Shown here: positions 13,218-26,358 of the stretch, piece after piece
Position numbering within the stretch: position 1 is the first letter of the stretch
Layout of the letters: every line of letters begins with the position of its first letter
Translations under genes and position numbers: made by a program
Source: Paramecium tetraurelia
Lineage: Eukaryota
Assembly: GCA_000165425.1 (NCBI GenBank)
Contig: CT868618.1
Span: 62,001-126,000, forward strand
Length of the DNA stretch: 64,000 bases
Direction of reading: 5' to 3'
The notes under the pieces: generated by a model
The model's database searches: none
What the model was told of the DNA's origin: nothing
Seen by the model: only the letters and a program-made list of their open reading frames with translations

Positions 13218-13433
13218 TCAATGTGCCTAAGATTCTCTTCCCTCATTAGTTGGCTAAGAGCTAAGTATTGTAGCTTGATTTTTTTTTTCGAACAATGGTA
13301 GTTTGGCAGCTGGACAATCAATTTGATTAAGTGGCAAATCAATTATATGCATAGAAGAAGGTAAACTTGGAGGAGGACTATCAATAATAATTAACAAGGT
13401 GGCTCTTTTTGGTTTTGCAGTAGCACATCCCAT
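13218..13433 (-). CDS. Small (71 aa) protein with MGC myristoylation/palmitoylation motif
   Basis: MGCATAKPKRATLLIIIDSPPPSLP...ESQAH*. GC content is raised relative to flanks. Confidence 0.65.
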
Positions 13434-13555
13434 TTAATGTATAATAATAATTGAATTAATATCTATCCAAATAGGTGCAAATTTAGATTGTAAAAGTAAT
13501 CATATTTGATTTTTTGATAAAATATTATAAATTGTCTGTTAGAACTTTTACTTAT

Positions 13556-15364
13556 ATGTCTTAATAGTAAAAACTTATATCAGCTTCATCACCTTCCAAA
13601 ACTAGAAGTGCAATATCATTACACACTTAATCAAAGAGTCCCCATTATAATGAAATGTAATAAGGTAATTTTGCAATTTTATAAAAAAGGGTCTACACAT
13701 CAAAAGTCATAGTAAAGTTTACGAAATTCTCATTATATAAGCAAGTTCGAGAAGAGTATTGATTTAGATATGAAACAGAGTAATAGTTTTATTAACCCTG
13801 AATTTGAGATAAAAAAACTAATGAACTTAGTTGAATTGCAATAATATGAAATAAATAATTGGAAACGTCGATATGAATAAGCAGAATCACGAGTATCTTA
13901 TTAAATTAAACTAGTGTATATCTTCTAATTCATCAAAACCAATAAAGGAATATGAAATACATATAGATTAATTAACTAAAGAACTCAAAAATTATATGTC
14001 TATGAACGATGAATTAAGTAATGAAGTGAAAGAAAAAGATAGCCTAATATAAAAACTGAATAAATAATTAGATATCTACAAATAATAGTTAAATGATTAT
14101 TAGTCGGAATTAAAGTATGCATAGAAAGAAAAGGCTAATATGGATAAAGATGCTTCACTGCAATTCTATTAGCAAGATTAGAGATTCAATTAGAAATTAT
14201 AAGATATTTAATAAGTTAATTTTGAATAGATGTAAATTAGGGATGATTAAATCTAAAAATTGTAATAAGAATTAATAAGACGTAATTAAGCAATTGAATT
14301 TTAGAAATAAGAAATAATGTAATTAGATAAGATTATTAATGAAATTAAGGTTGGAGAAAACACATTGTTGCAATCTTAGGAAACATATAAAATTAAGTAT
14401 TAAGAATTACTGGATGAAAAAAAGAAGGAAATCACTAAATAAGTTTAACAATTCGAATTAAAAACTAAACAATAAGAAAAGGAATTTCTTGATGAAAAGG
14501 AATGCCTTGTTCATAAAATTAGTTAGATGGAATATGAAATAGAATTGCTAAACAAATAAAGCTAAGAATCATAAAGTATATAAATATAATAATAATTTTA
14601 AGATCTGATTTCAGGATTGCAAGATGAAATTCAATCACAAGTGGATTAGAATTGTTATCTTTAAGAATAACATCAAAACATTTAATATGATTTAGAATAA
14701 ACATACAAAAAAATTATTTAAGATTTAAAAATTGAATATGAATCATAAAAAAATAAATTATGCTAAGAAGTTTCAAAATTAACTTCTTAATTAGAAATTA
14801 CTTCATAATAACATAGTGAAAATTAAGAGTTGATTCAAGAATTATAATTTAGTTTAGATAATTTAAACAAACATAATGAAAATATATCTTAGTAATTAAG
14901 TAGATTGCAAACAGAATTTGACCAACTATAATTATAATATGAAAATGATATAACTGAACAAAACTAAGAAATTGAACAGTTAAATGATTAAATTGCATAA
15001 TTAACAGAGTTATTAGAACATAGATCTAATGAACTTGATGATGTCAGATAATTAAGAGGAGAATTAGCACTAAAAAATAATGAAAATAACGTAATTCATT
15101 ACAGTAATATTATAGCTATTGATCTAAAGATTATAAAATGAACTAGAAACTTTGAAGAAAAAATTATTTGAACTTCAAAAATAACATCAAATTCAAGGAT
15201 AAGTCAAAGATGAAATAAATAAATCACAATTTGAATAAATGAGAAACCAAATGGAATCTGAAATTGAACTATTATAAAATGAAAATAAAACGATACGATA
15301 TTAATTATAGATGAAATCAAGAGAATGTGAAGAGTGGAAACAGTAGTACAATAAACCTTTATGA
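13556..15364 (+). CDS. Long coiled-coil protein
   Basis: MSQQQKLISASSPSK..., E/Q/K/L heptad-rich, short introns, ends ECEEWKQQYNKPL*. Confidence 0.8.
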
Positions 15365-15528
15365 TAGTATTTATAAATTACTTATAAGATATTAAAAAAA
15401 TATTGTATTATCTTAAATAACAACATAAATATATAATATTTCTAAAACAACATATTTGAAACTAATTTCCTTTGATAAATAAAGTTAATATATTGAATTA
15501 AAGGAATTCAATTTTAATTATTTATAAT

Positions 15529-16386
15529 TCATTAATTAAAACTTTCATCTATTTTGATGCAAGTTTATTCTAATAATTTTAGAATGCTTTCATGAGACTT
15601 TTCTTTCTGCTATCTTTCAAGTTAAATTTCTGTTTGAATCTTCTAATGTACTTCTTCTATCATAGAAAATATCTTTTTTTCAGTTTCCTCTCTTACTGAT
15701 CTTTCAATAGACATCATTTCCTAGAACTTATTTAACTCTAGATCCATTTATTCTATTAAGTGTGCCTGTGAGTCAGATCTTAAATATATCACTTATTAAA
15801 TACCTTGTTTGTTGTTCATTTTCAATTGTATATCTTAGATCCTTTAATTGATTGCTTACATCTCCTATTTATCTATTCAGCTTATCATAATAAACTGAAT
15901 TATTTTTTTCAAGCATACCATGTACAGTATCAAATCTATCTTCTATTTATTTTAAGAGCTACATTTCTACTCTTCTCTTACTCTATTTAATTTCATAGGT
16001 ATATGTACATTTTTTTCATCATCCAATTATTTGTTAATTAACTCTTCGAATTATTATAATTATTCTTAATAACGAGCATAATGTTCTTTCCCAAATTTTT
16101 CATTATTGATTTGATCACTTAGTTTTAAAATTTATTCTTTGAGTGTCTATTGAGATATATTATAATATACTTTAAACCTATCCTCATCCTTAATTTTATC
16201 ATAATTTAATAAACTATCAATCTTTTAGAGAGATGCATCAATAATTTCTTTTTTTTCAAATTTATCTCTATCTATTCCAGCTTTTAATTAAGTCCATTTA
16301 TCTGCTAATGCTTACATTTTTTAGAATGATGGAGACTCCGATCTTACTTATGAGTTGCTCATTATTTAGGATGATGAAAACTTCAT
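15529..16386 (-). CDS. SF-assemblin/beta-giardin family striated-rootlet protein
   Basis: ~270-aa segmented coiled coil ending ERSVREETEKKIFSMIEEV...ESILKLLEQTCIKIDESFNQ*, typical of SF-assemblins. Confidence 0.75.
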
Positions 16387-16844
16387 TTCTTCAAAATTTT
16401 TAAATTAAATTTCTTTTTGATGGTTAGAATTAATATTAAATAATCAATATATTTTATATGCAAGCTCAAACAAAAATATTAATCTTTCTATTTCTGCACT
16501 TTTTATAATGAAATAATCTCTCTAAAGTTTAATCAGCATTTAAATTAGTAAAATCTTGATATGCTTTTTAAGACTGTTTCTATTTAATTTTATGAATTAA
16601 TAACAAATCGATATTCTATTTAATGTTAATTTAAGCGCATTTTTCTTAAAAATTAGGTCTTTTATTGCTAGAGCTCACCTAGGTAATTTAATTATTATTT
16701 TCATATCTATTTTGATTTATATAATAGGGAAATCCATTTAGCCTCTATTAAATATAGAATTTTAACAGCACAGCTATGATCTTAATTATTTGCAAAATTA
16801 TATTTTGCTTTATTAAATCAATAATTTTTATTTTTTGAATTTGA

Positions 16845-17916
16845 ATGAATAAGGGTAAAACCAATCATAGACGAGCATAGTCTAATAATGATTTTCAATA
16901 AATAATAAGTTCTAAAATAATTCAAATGGTTGAATAAAATTCTCATAAAAATTTACTGAAAAATCAAAGCTTTGGTAATATGTTATTCCAAATCCCTGAA
17001 TAGACTGATATCTGTTCATCAACAGAATAATCTCATCATTCCTAAAAGAAGAGTTGTATAAATGATTATTTGCTATCATCTAAAAAGAACTTTTCACAAG
17101 ATCAAAAAGAAAATTTAATAAATTCCAATTCTTGTACAAACATTATCTCATCAATTTAATACATGATTAAAAGTAGCCATCCAATAAAGGAAATAGCATA
17201 GAAGTCACTAAATAATGAAAGTTAAAGCAAGAAAAAGCACCTTAGTTTTACGAGTGAATTACAGAAGAAAAATAGCTAAATTCTCCATTAATCAAACAAA
17301 ATAGATATTTCATCAAGTTTGACTCCAGATAGAAAAAAAACAGATAATAATAGTAAATAGAATAGTCATAAATATAAATCTGATTAACAAGAGGGTCAAG
17401 AGAAATAAAAAATAGAATTATCAAATTTCTTATTAAACAATTTATTAAAGGTGGACTAAAAAAAGAAATCGAATGTAGAATAGTAAGACTCTTTTAGAAG
17501 AATGGAATTTCAGATGAATAAGATCTAGAAAGATATTTCTAAAATTAAGAAAAGACAAGATGAATTGGATTTGTTTAATAAGAATATATAGAATCAACTA
17601 TTTGATTTTATTTCGGAAAGCAGAAAATATTAAGATGTAAGTTTTAGTTTAAGATTTAGTATGGCTATAAATCTCTCTAAAAACTCGAAAAATTAGAACA
17701 AATAACCAGAAGGAATGAAGAATCAATAAAAATGTTAAAATAAAAACTATTCAATAATGAAATTTAGTAGATTACTACTAAAACTCATGATAATAATATC
17801 AATTTTGGGTATAAAAATTATATTTATACTTTAGTAATATTTCTTCTTATAAACAAGAACTTGATATACAAAAAAAATTATCTGATTTTAAGTATATCAA
17901 TAAATAATGCAATTGA
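16845..17916 (+). CDS. Uncharacterised protein with C-terminal coiled coil, ~340 aa
   Basis: MNKGKTNHRRAQSNND... The frame stays open to TGA 17914-17916 after removing 23- and 26-nt introns. Confidence 0.7.
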
Positions 17917-18065
17917 AACTTTATTCAATTTTGAATATATAATTATAATAATTATTTTACAATTAATTTATCTATGTGAAGTAATCTTTTCAACTTGTTA
18001 ATTTATTAACATAAAATAATCCTATATTTATACAAATTTTAATTAAAACAGCAATAATAATTAAT

Positions 18066-19323
18066 TCATTTTTGAACTCTACTTAAAAGAGTGTTAGATC
18101 TTAAATATTTGTTCTCAGAATCTTCAACAGATGTCTAAAATCTCCTATTTAAGTCATTAAAAAAACTGTGATCTCTTTTTCTCTCTCCATTGATTTCCCT
18201 TCCTACAAATTAACTGGATTTAGTAGAATGAGTTTTATTGGTATCTTAAAGGATTTGCTTTTTCAATATCATGTATTCTTCTAATATATTTTTAAGCCAT
18301 TTCCAACATTCTTTCAAACTATTTAATTTAATATTAATTTACCTTGGTTTAACTTAAGCTTGACTCAATGTACAGTTCATCACCATATCGACAATACATT
18401 CAACAAATTTATTGATCTAATGTTGGTCATACTAATTCAATTGAGGAGATTTCTCTCTTAACACAACAGACTTGTATTATTTACTAATGTTTTCCTTAGA
18501 ATTCTTTCTTGATAATTAGACCTAAAAACTATAGTAGTAATGAGTTACATCATGTTATAATTTATTTATATAAGATTCTTGGTTTTGTATGTATTATTGT
18601 AACTCATAAATTTTGGTTTAATTTATTTAATGTTATTCTTCATATTTTATCTTTGATTACTATATATAAATGAAGTAGGAATTACCTCATTAATTGATTC
18701 AGCTACTTTTTATTGATGTTGTTATTAAAATAGCTTTTGCTCATATTCAAATATTTTAGTTTTTAGAGTAGAATTTTCTTTTTCGAATTATCCAAGACTT
18801 TTTAAACTCTTATGGTATTGTTGTTCTGATTAATTAATCTAGAATTCTAGATCTTCTATTTTTAATAAATGTTATTTTGATGCTGAATTTGTTTGCAATT
18901 AATTCATTGATTAATCTTCACTAATATTCAGATGAAATTTACATCATCATTTGCTAATTTAATTTCAAATTCTCATTCTATTCTTATAACCATACTTAAT
19001 AATGCTCTAATTGTTCTATTCTCTTATCTTTTTCTTTCAACATTTATAATAATTATTTATGTTCTTGATCTTAAACATCATCAATTTAAACTTGATTGCA
19101 TTTTTTAATGAATACATTTCCTTAATCTTTCTTTGTTTCTAAATAACTCTAAAGAATTTAATCATTAAATTCATACTCCTTAATCATTTGACAATTTACT
19201 ATAACTACATAATACATCCTCATCCGTTGTTAATCTAATTTATTTATCCCATGAATATTAACTTATAGATAAGAGTAAAGCTTAACTTAATTCTTGTTTC
19301 TCAGGAGTTTTTTACATACTCAT
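18066..19323 (-). CDS. Coiled-coil protein (full-length parent of the 3274 duplicate)
   Basis: MSMQKTPEK... C-terminal SLKECWKWLKNILEEYMILKK motif, ends LSRVQK*. Several short introns. Confidence 0.82.
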
Positions 19324-22300
19324 AATATTTATATTTCAAAATTTAATAATTATTAACGTTTATCATATAATAAATCTATAACCATAACTCTTCAATGTTT
19401 AACTATTTTCTATTTCAACTTTTGTATTTATAATATTAATATCTATCTACTTTTATTCAAAATATCTCATTATTTAACTGCATTTACTTCATCCATCTAT
19501 ATAATATAACTCACTTTTACTTATATTAATTAGATGATACGAACCATATAATTTATAGTTAATTGAAGTTACTTCAACATAAAACTTTTGATAACTTAAT
19601 CTAAACCATTTTTCAGAGTGCTTTTTAGTTGTCTAATTTTTGAAGTTTTAAAAAAACACTAAATTCTCTTGAGTATTTTCTACCTTCCTATAGTAAATAC
19701 ATTCTTACATCATTTGAATTGTTCTGTCAAAAACAAAATTTAGAATTTCTTTGTATTAAAATCTCTATTTTATTACTATTAAATGAAGCTTCTTATTCCA
19801 AAATTAATTTTATATAATAATAATAATAATCAGAACAAGAAGAATTCATATTCATCTCCGGTACTTAAAAATTTACACTTTGAAATTTTAGAAATCTGTC
19901 AAATATTTTTTTTAATTTACTTACTTTGTTCATATGTAGATTATTTACATTAATTAGTGTGATTGATATTTATATATATTGATTTTTTTTTTGTTATAAA
20001 AAGGAAAAGACATAAATTTTGTTATTTAGATATCTGAAATTTAAGTAAGAAAACTACACCTGTTATATTTCTAGTATATTAAAATTTTATTTTTATGCCT
20101 TTTAAAACTTTATTCTATTTAGACCTTTATACTAATGTCACTTTCAGATTATTTTAGTATTTATTAATGAATGTCTATATCCAAATATTCAATTTATCAG
20201 AGATTTTATACTCATTGATAGAATTTTGATTATATAAAAAGGAGTTGTCATGAAGTTCTAAAAGTAATAATAATAAAAAGGATTAAGAATAACCAAATGA
20301 AGAGAAGTAAACAAGCATCACAAAGCAAATCAACACTATTGATAACAACTTAAAAAAAATTCAAAATTCAATAATTGATAAGTCTCCTAAAATTTAACCA
20401 AAAAGCACAGTGAGTATATTTTTAGGGTACTTTGAAAATAAATTTGATTCCTTCTATAGTCATTTTGAAAATAAAGAAGTCATGTTACGTAATGACTACT
20501 TTAAGTTAGTCAAAATAGAAAAAAAAGGAAAAATTAGTTATTTGTTAAATTTCCCTTTGATCTTATTATATGATGATGAAAATGATGAAAAAATAGCCTA
20601 GAATTTATGCATTTCAAAAATTTATGCTGAAATTGCATTAAAAGAAATGGAAACCTGTTATTTCTATTTAATTTTAGATATTTCATAATTAACAGGAGAT
20701 GATGATAAGGGAAAGTTAGATAATATTGTTTAACATTCAATTTTTAGATTTGGATCTTTTTATTTCGAAGAAAATTACTTTTTCTTTCTAAGATATCGAC
20801 AAGATGATAAGTGGGATTACCACTAATTTTCAAAATAGTTTGCATTATTTACTTATTTTTCAAAGAATCAATAATTGGAAATTTAAACTTATAGTTAAAA
20901 TGAAATCTTGAAGACAATATTTAAATCTAATAATCACACATATGTAAAGAAAGGGTAATCAGAAGATGCCATTAATTATGGAAAAATGATGGCATATTTA
21001 GAAAAAAATTTACAGCTTTTAAAGGAATAGTTTAATGAAGATCTTTAACAATTTTAAATGCTTCTCCTTCGCTTATAATAAATGCCAATCATCAAAAATA
21101 ATTTCGAAGTTGTCTAGGAAATTGGAAAATATTTAAATGATTTACAAAAAGGTTTCATGAATGAAAAGAATCTTCTAACTGATAATGCTTCACAAATTGT
21201 TGAGGTTTACGAATTTATTAATAAAGTGAATTAAGAGTAAAATGCTTAAGATATAAATAACAGATAAAAAAATTCATTTAGTCCTTTAATGACACAATTT
21301 AAGGAGGAAGTTAAAATTTAAAAATTAATAGTTTAACCATTATTAAGTGATGAAGAAATTAATAAACTTAAGGGCATAATTTAATTTTTCAAAAAATATC
21401 ATAATAACAAATTAAAAAATGAGAAAATACGTGAAGTGTAGAAATTAACATTAAATCTTAAATAATGGTGTGCGAATTGTAATGATACCTTAGAAAATAC
21501 GTTATACGAGCTAAAATATATTACCTCAAGAATTTAAGATGGACCAAAAAATGAAATTGAAAATGGAATCTATTTTATCGGTATAACAAAAGTAGGAAAA
21601 TCGACCATTATTAATTCACTTCTTATTCCAGATAACATTATTTAAGATCATTTTGTTTCATAAAAATGCTATGGAATTAATACGGAGACAAAATTTGCGA
21701 TTGGTAAAGGTGGAGTTAGTGAAACATAACATATCAATGGAGTATACATTGGCAAAAAAGAGGAATTTAATTAAATCTTTGATTAGAATGAAAAACATGT
21801 TTTTAGTGTTGAAGAAATATTAGACTAGGAATAAATTTAAAAATGTAAAATACCTAAAAAATATTTCGTTTTCGATTGCCCAGGGTTTGATGATAATTGT
21901 AATGAATTAATGAGAATAGCCCACAGAATTAGCTTATATAATTATTTCAAAAATACAAAAAATATAATTGTATTTTTTGTCATTGATATTTCTCAATAAT
22001 CAATTGAATATATTAAGAATACTTTTGATCCAATAACATAACTTTTAAAAGACAAAAATGATTTAGTATCTCATTTTGACAAATGGACAAATATAATTCT
22101 AACAAAAGCAAAGAAAGGATAAAGATAATCATATCTTGACAATTGGTAGTAAGTGTATAAAGGGTATTTGGATGAAAATTATAGTTTTTATAAAAGATTA
22201 TTTGAGAACAGATGTGTAGAATTTGAAAAACCAAAGACACAAGATATTGAACAAATTATTCAAAGTTTAACAAATTAAATTATCAAAATGTCATCTTCGT

Positions 22301-22480
22301 AACTTCAATCAAATCAAGCCTTTACACCAAAATTTCAGGGTGTCCTTGATCCTAAAGTATAGTCGCTTTATGAACATTGCATACCTAAGTTTAAATAAAA
22401 GTTAGAGAGTATTCTAAATTTCTTTCTAGAGGATTTAGATGAGTATATATTGGAAAGTAGTGATAATTTAGAAATAAAGA
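18606..22480. repeat. Right arm of large inverted segmental duplication (partner 1..3991)
   Basis: Reverse-complement match to 1..3991. It probably extends past 22480, but the partner sequence lies outside the window. Confidence 0.97.
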
Positions 22481-23106
22481 AAGAAAAATTAGAAAAAATA
22501 TAAAGCATTTTGTTAGATTAAAATACAAAGCAAATGATTAACTTAATAACGTATAATAACTGTGAAATCATTCTTAAGGAGCTATCAAACTGGGTTAATG
22601 GTAATCCTTACTTACAAAAGAATGACATTTTCATACAATAATACATAGAAGATATGGAATCTATTTTAAAAATATCAAAATATTGCTAAAAAATTAAGTA
22701 AATAGCACCGTTTGAGATTAAAATTGATAATCTTGTTAAAAAGATTAAAACTATAATTCTATAAATTCAAGAAACCATTTAATATTATTAAAATTGGAAA
22801 TATGCTGGGGGTGCTGCATGTTTTCTATCAGGAATAATGACTTGTGGTACATCCCTTGCGTTATTTGAAGTTTAAGCTTTGGCAGCTTTGGCTAGGCAAT
22901 TTTTTTTAACAAGAGGTGCCTTGTGGTTCACAACAGTAAGCTCTGGATCTTTTACTGCAGGCACTGGTTATGTTACGGTTATTATTGATACTTGGAAAAA
23001 TTAACATTTGAAGAAGAAATATTAAGATGAATTGAAAAAATAGAAAAGTTTACAATAAGAATATTAATAGAAGGTTGATTTATTATAATCCTAATATTAA
23101 GTTTGA
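20278..23106 (+). CDS. AIG1/GIMAP-like GTPase, copy B (~940 codons; ancestral ATG is AAG, first in-frame ATG at 20482)
   Basis: Open intronless frame to TGA 23104-23106. G1 GITKVGKS at 21580, FDCPGFDD, ILTKA. Gly/Ala-rich hydrophobic C-terminal segment WKYAGGAACFLSGIMTCG... followed by a coiled-coil tail. Confidence 0.85.
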
Positions 23107-23564
23107 AGATGAGTGAAGCAAAAATTTAAGATAATGATATTTTATTTTATTCAAAATTATTCCATTTATAAACCCTTCGATAATTTAACAAAGTTCCTTT
23201 TAAAAGTGATATCAAACTTCAAATTCATTTAAATCAAATGATATTTAGAAATTAATTAATCATATAAATTTCTCAATTTCACAGAATTTTGAATAAGCTA
23301 TTTTAAATTTCTAAATAAGCATTCATCTAAAATTATTATTAATTAATTATTTTTACATTATCAAAGAAAGATAGCTATATATTAATATATTTGATTGTCT
23401 ATTTTGATTATTTCAATTTATTAGATTTGGTTTGATGAAACTACTTTAAAAGGTTCTTAATACTGAGATGGCTGCAATATTATGATGATGAAAATCAATA
23501 TGTATTCAAAAATCTACTATAATAATTATTTCAATACTTATTGTTTTTAGTATTAATAGCAAAG

Positions 23565-24098
23565 ATGAAAAAAAAGAACTTTGATGATGATATCAGATTC
23601 AAGGTCAAATAGAGATATGCAACAATATCAGAATGGGCATTTAAGACAATCGAATCTGAAAGAGTACCAGAATCAAGAGCCAAGTCATTATATAGTGGGC
23701 CTGTAAAAGTTCCAAATCAAGCGATGTATTTATTGCATAACCCGTAACATCAAATAAGTATACTTAGATTTAAGAGTATTGATAAAAAGAAACCCAGACT
23801 TGCTATCTCTCAATAATCTACTATATAGCAATCATCAAAAATTTATAGAAAATTCATTGACCCAAATTAGATTACCAGATCGCTTGATTACTCTGATTTA
23901 GCAGATTCTTAAACAAATACAACAAAGAAAAAGGTGCTGTAAAATCAAAGACTCAAAAAATAATTTTAAGTAATTCATAATCGGATGAAATTAATTTTGG
24001 ATTCCTACAAAAATAGAGAACGAGTTCTGTTGAAGTATATTGCCTCTTTGCAACAGGAGATTATTGCTCTCAAATAAACTCGGTATTAAACAATATGA
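23565..24098 (+). CDS. Uncharacterised basic protein, 177 aa
   Basis: MKKKNFDDDIRFKVK... C-terminal short coiled coil MKLILDSYKNRERVLLKYIASLQQEI, TGA 24096. Confidence 0.7.
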
Positions 24099-24154
24099 AT
24101 ATTATTTATTTTCTTGCTTTGCTTTTTATTAAATTCACAAATTTGGAATTATTT

Positions 24155-25306
24155 ATGTCCGAAAGCATCAAAAGAAATGCCAAATCATTTACACCTTACA
24201 TAGCAAAACCTTCCGATATTCCCTCAGTTGAAGCATCTATTGATCCCCTTAGATAGTTTAGACCGCTGATGAGAGTTCAAACTTCAACAGACCCTTAGGT
24301 CTAATAGATGTCAACTGATCAGCCATTTTAAACAAACTTATTTTACAATCCTCCATTCACTTCCTTCGATATTTCGTAAAGAGTATCATTGGATGGAACT
24401 AATGATTACTTGTTAAATCATTCAAAAATTGTAGGACCTCTTGTTAATAGTTCTCTTGATAGTAAATCAATGTAAAAGTAACATGAAGTCTTGCAATCTC
24501 AAAGTCGTTTTTTCGCTTCGATGATGCCAATCTTCTATAACTCACCTATGCAATCTTGCTATCCTTATTTACATTAGCAATGCCAAAATGATCTGCCACG
24601 CCATTCAAATAACAGCTTGGATAAATAGGTTAAAATCAACAAAATCAATATGACCTAACCATACATTGTGAATCCATCCTCTTTACAATAACCATAATAA
24701 GTGTAATCCTAGATGCATTTCAATACAGAAGATAAGTGGTTAGGTGATGTTAGCTCTTGTCAAAGTTTGTTTGTAAAGAAAGAGGAGGATGATTAGAGTA
24801 AACCAAAGGAGACCAGAAATGAATAAAAATTAGCTAAACGCATTAGAAAGAGAATTCCAGTTGAAGAGAGTTCGGATTCATTCAGAGTCAATCGAAAGAA
24901 AAAGGGACCCAAGGTCAATGATACCAAAAATATAACCAAAAATTTTTCAAAAGCAATCATCTCTTACATCATAAACGAAAAAGAACTTATTTAAAAATTC
25001 ATGACAAATGAACAGTATGATGGTTTCATTACTTTATTAAAGAATAAAAAGAATTAAATGACAAATATCAAATAACTTCGAGACTTGTGGGTAGACACAG
25101 GTAGAAATCCAGAATTTAATAAAGTTTTTAGAATAATCAGGTATTTTTAAATATATATTTATAGTCAATACTTTCTAAAATGTTAGGCTGTTCCATACGT
25201 TTACAATTCAAGAATATCAAACACAGCTTGGCATCTCAAATATAGATATAACTTACTGAGAGCCGTAAGAGAACCAGAAAACTTTAAATTTATTAAAGAT
25301 ATTTGA
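24155..25306 (+). CDS. Putative nuclear/transcription-factor-like protein, 375 aa
   Basis: Q/P/S-rich N-terminus, NLS-like KRIRKR and RKKK, compact basic-aromatic C-terminal domain KNITKNFSKAII...LRDLW...YNSRI...HLKYR. 24-nt intron at 25141-25164. Confidence 0.8.
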
Positions 25307-26358
25307 TTTATCTTGATTAAATTAATTAAGATTATATTATTATATAACTAAAATTGATCTAAAAAAATAAAATTTCAAATACAAAACTAATCGCATCATC
25401 TCAATCCTTCTTGGTTTTTCTCATCACTTTGAAAATACCCTATCTTCAATGATTAACTGTAAATCTATCAGTCATATAACTAAAACTACTTATTTCTATA
25501 AATTGATCAACCTATTTTTTTAAGAGAATATATGTAGACATTTTCATTAAAATAATACATGATTGAAAATTTTATTGAAGTGCTTAATAAATGTAGGTGG
25601 TTATAGGAAGATCCAGTTTTAAAATAAAATAAAATCCAATTAATATAAAGCATTACAAATTATTTATATTAATACATCAACCTCTTACTTAATGGTTCAA
25701 AATCTAAATCCAAAACTAATATGATAATATTATTAGTAAGAATTTCAAATTACTTGATTACTCTTATAGAACTTCATATTTAGACTCTAATTATCAAAAT
25801 AAATTTACATTGATATATTTTTAGACTCCCAATATAATCCTTCAAAATAAGGCAGAGGGTTCATAATTGATGATTTTTTCAGATTAAATTGATCATAAAC
25901 AAAATTTTCGGTTATATTGAAATTAAAAATGCAGTAAATATTTTAAATAAATTTTCCTGATATCTCATTAATTTTAATTATTCTTAATAGTTCAAAGAGA
26001 ATTGTTTTATCAAATTATAATAAATATAAGCATAATATTGCTAAGTCGTAATATGATTTATTGTTAATTTGATTAAACTATTCATTTCAATACAATCATC
26101 TAATTTATATAATAAGTTGAAGGTATTTCTGAAAAATCTAATTCACATTTGATTGAAGAGTCAACATGAGAATTTTAAAAATAGTTCGACCATTTTATCA
26201 ATCAACTTATATATTGATAAAACATAATAATAAGAGCAGCTATTTGAAAACCGTAGTTCCAATTAAATTCTAGTGATTGATAATTTCCTTATTCATTCTC
26301 ATATATATTGGTTGATTTAATTCCCTTTTTAGTCGAATTAAGAGGAATAGAACACACA

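Noticed and set aside
16845..17916. Suspected frameshifted pseudogene
   Set aside because: Recounting showed a continuous frame once two canonical introns are removed.
1..22480. Inverted arms as transposon terminal inverted repeats
   Set aside because: The arms contain host genes, and I saw no transposase, integrase or RT motif in or between them.
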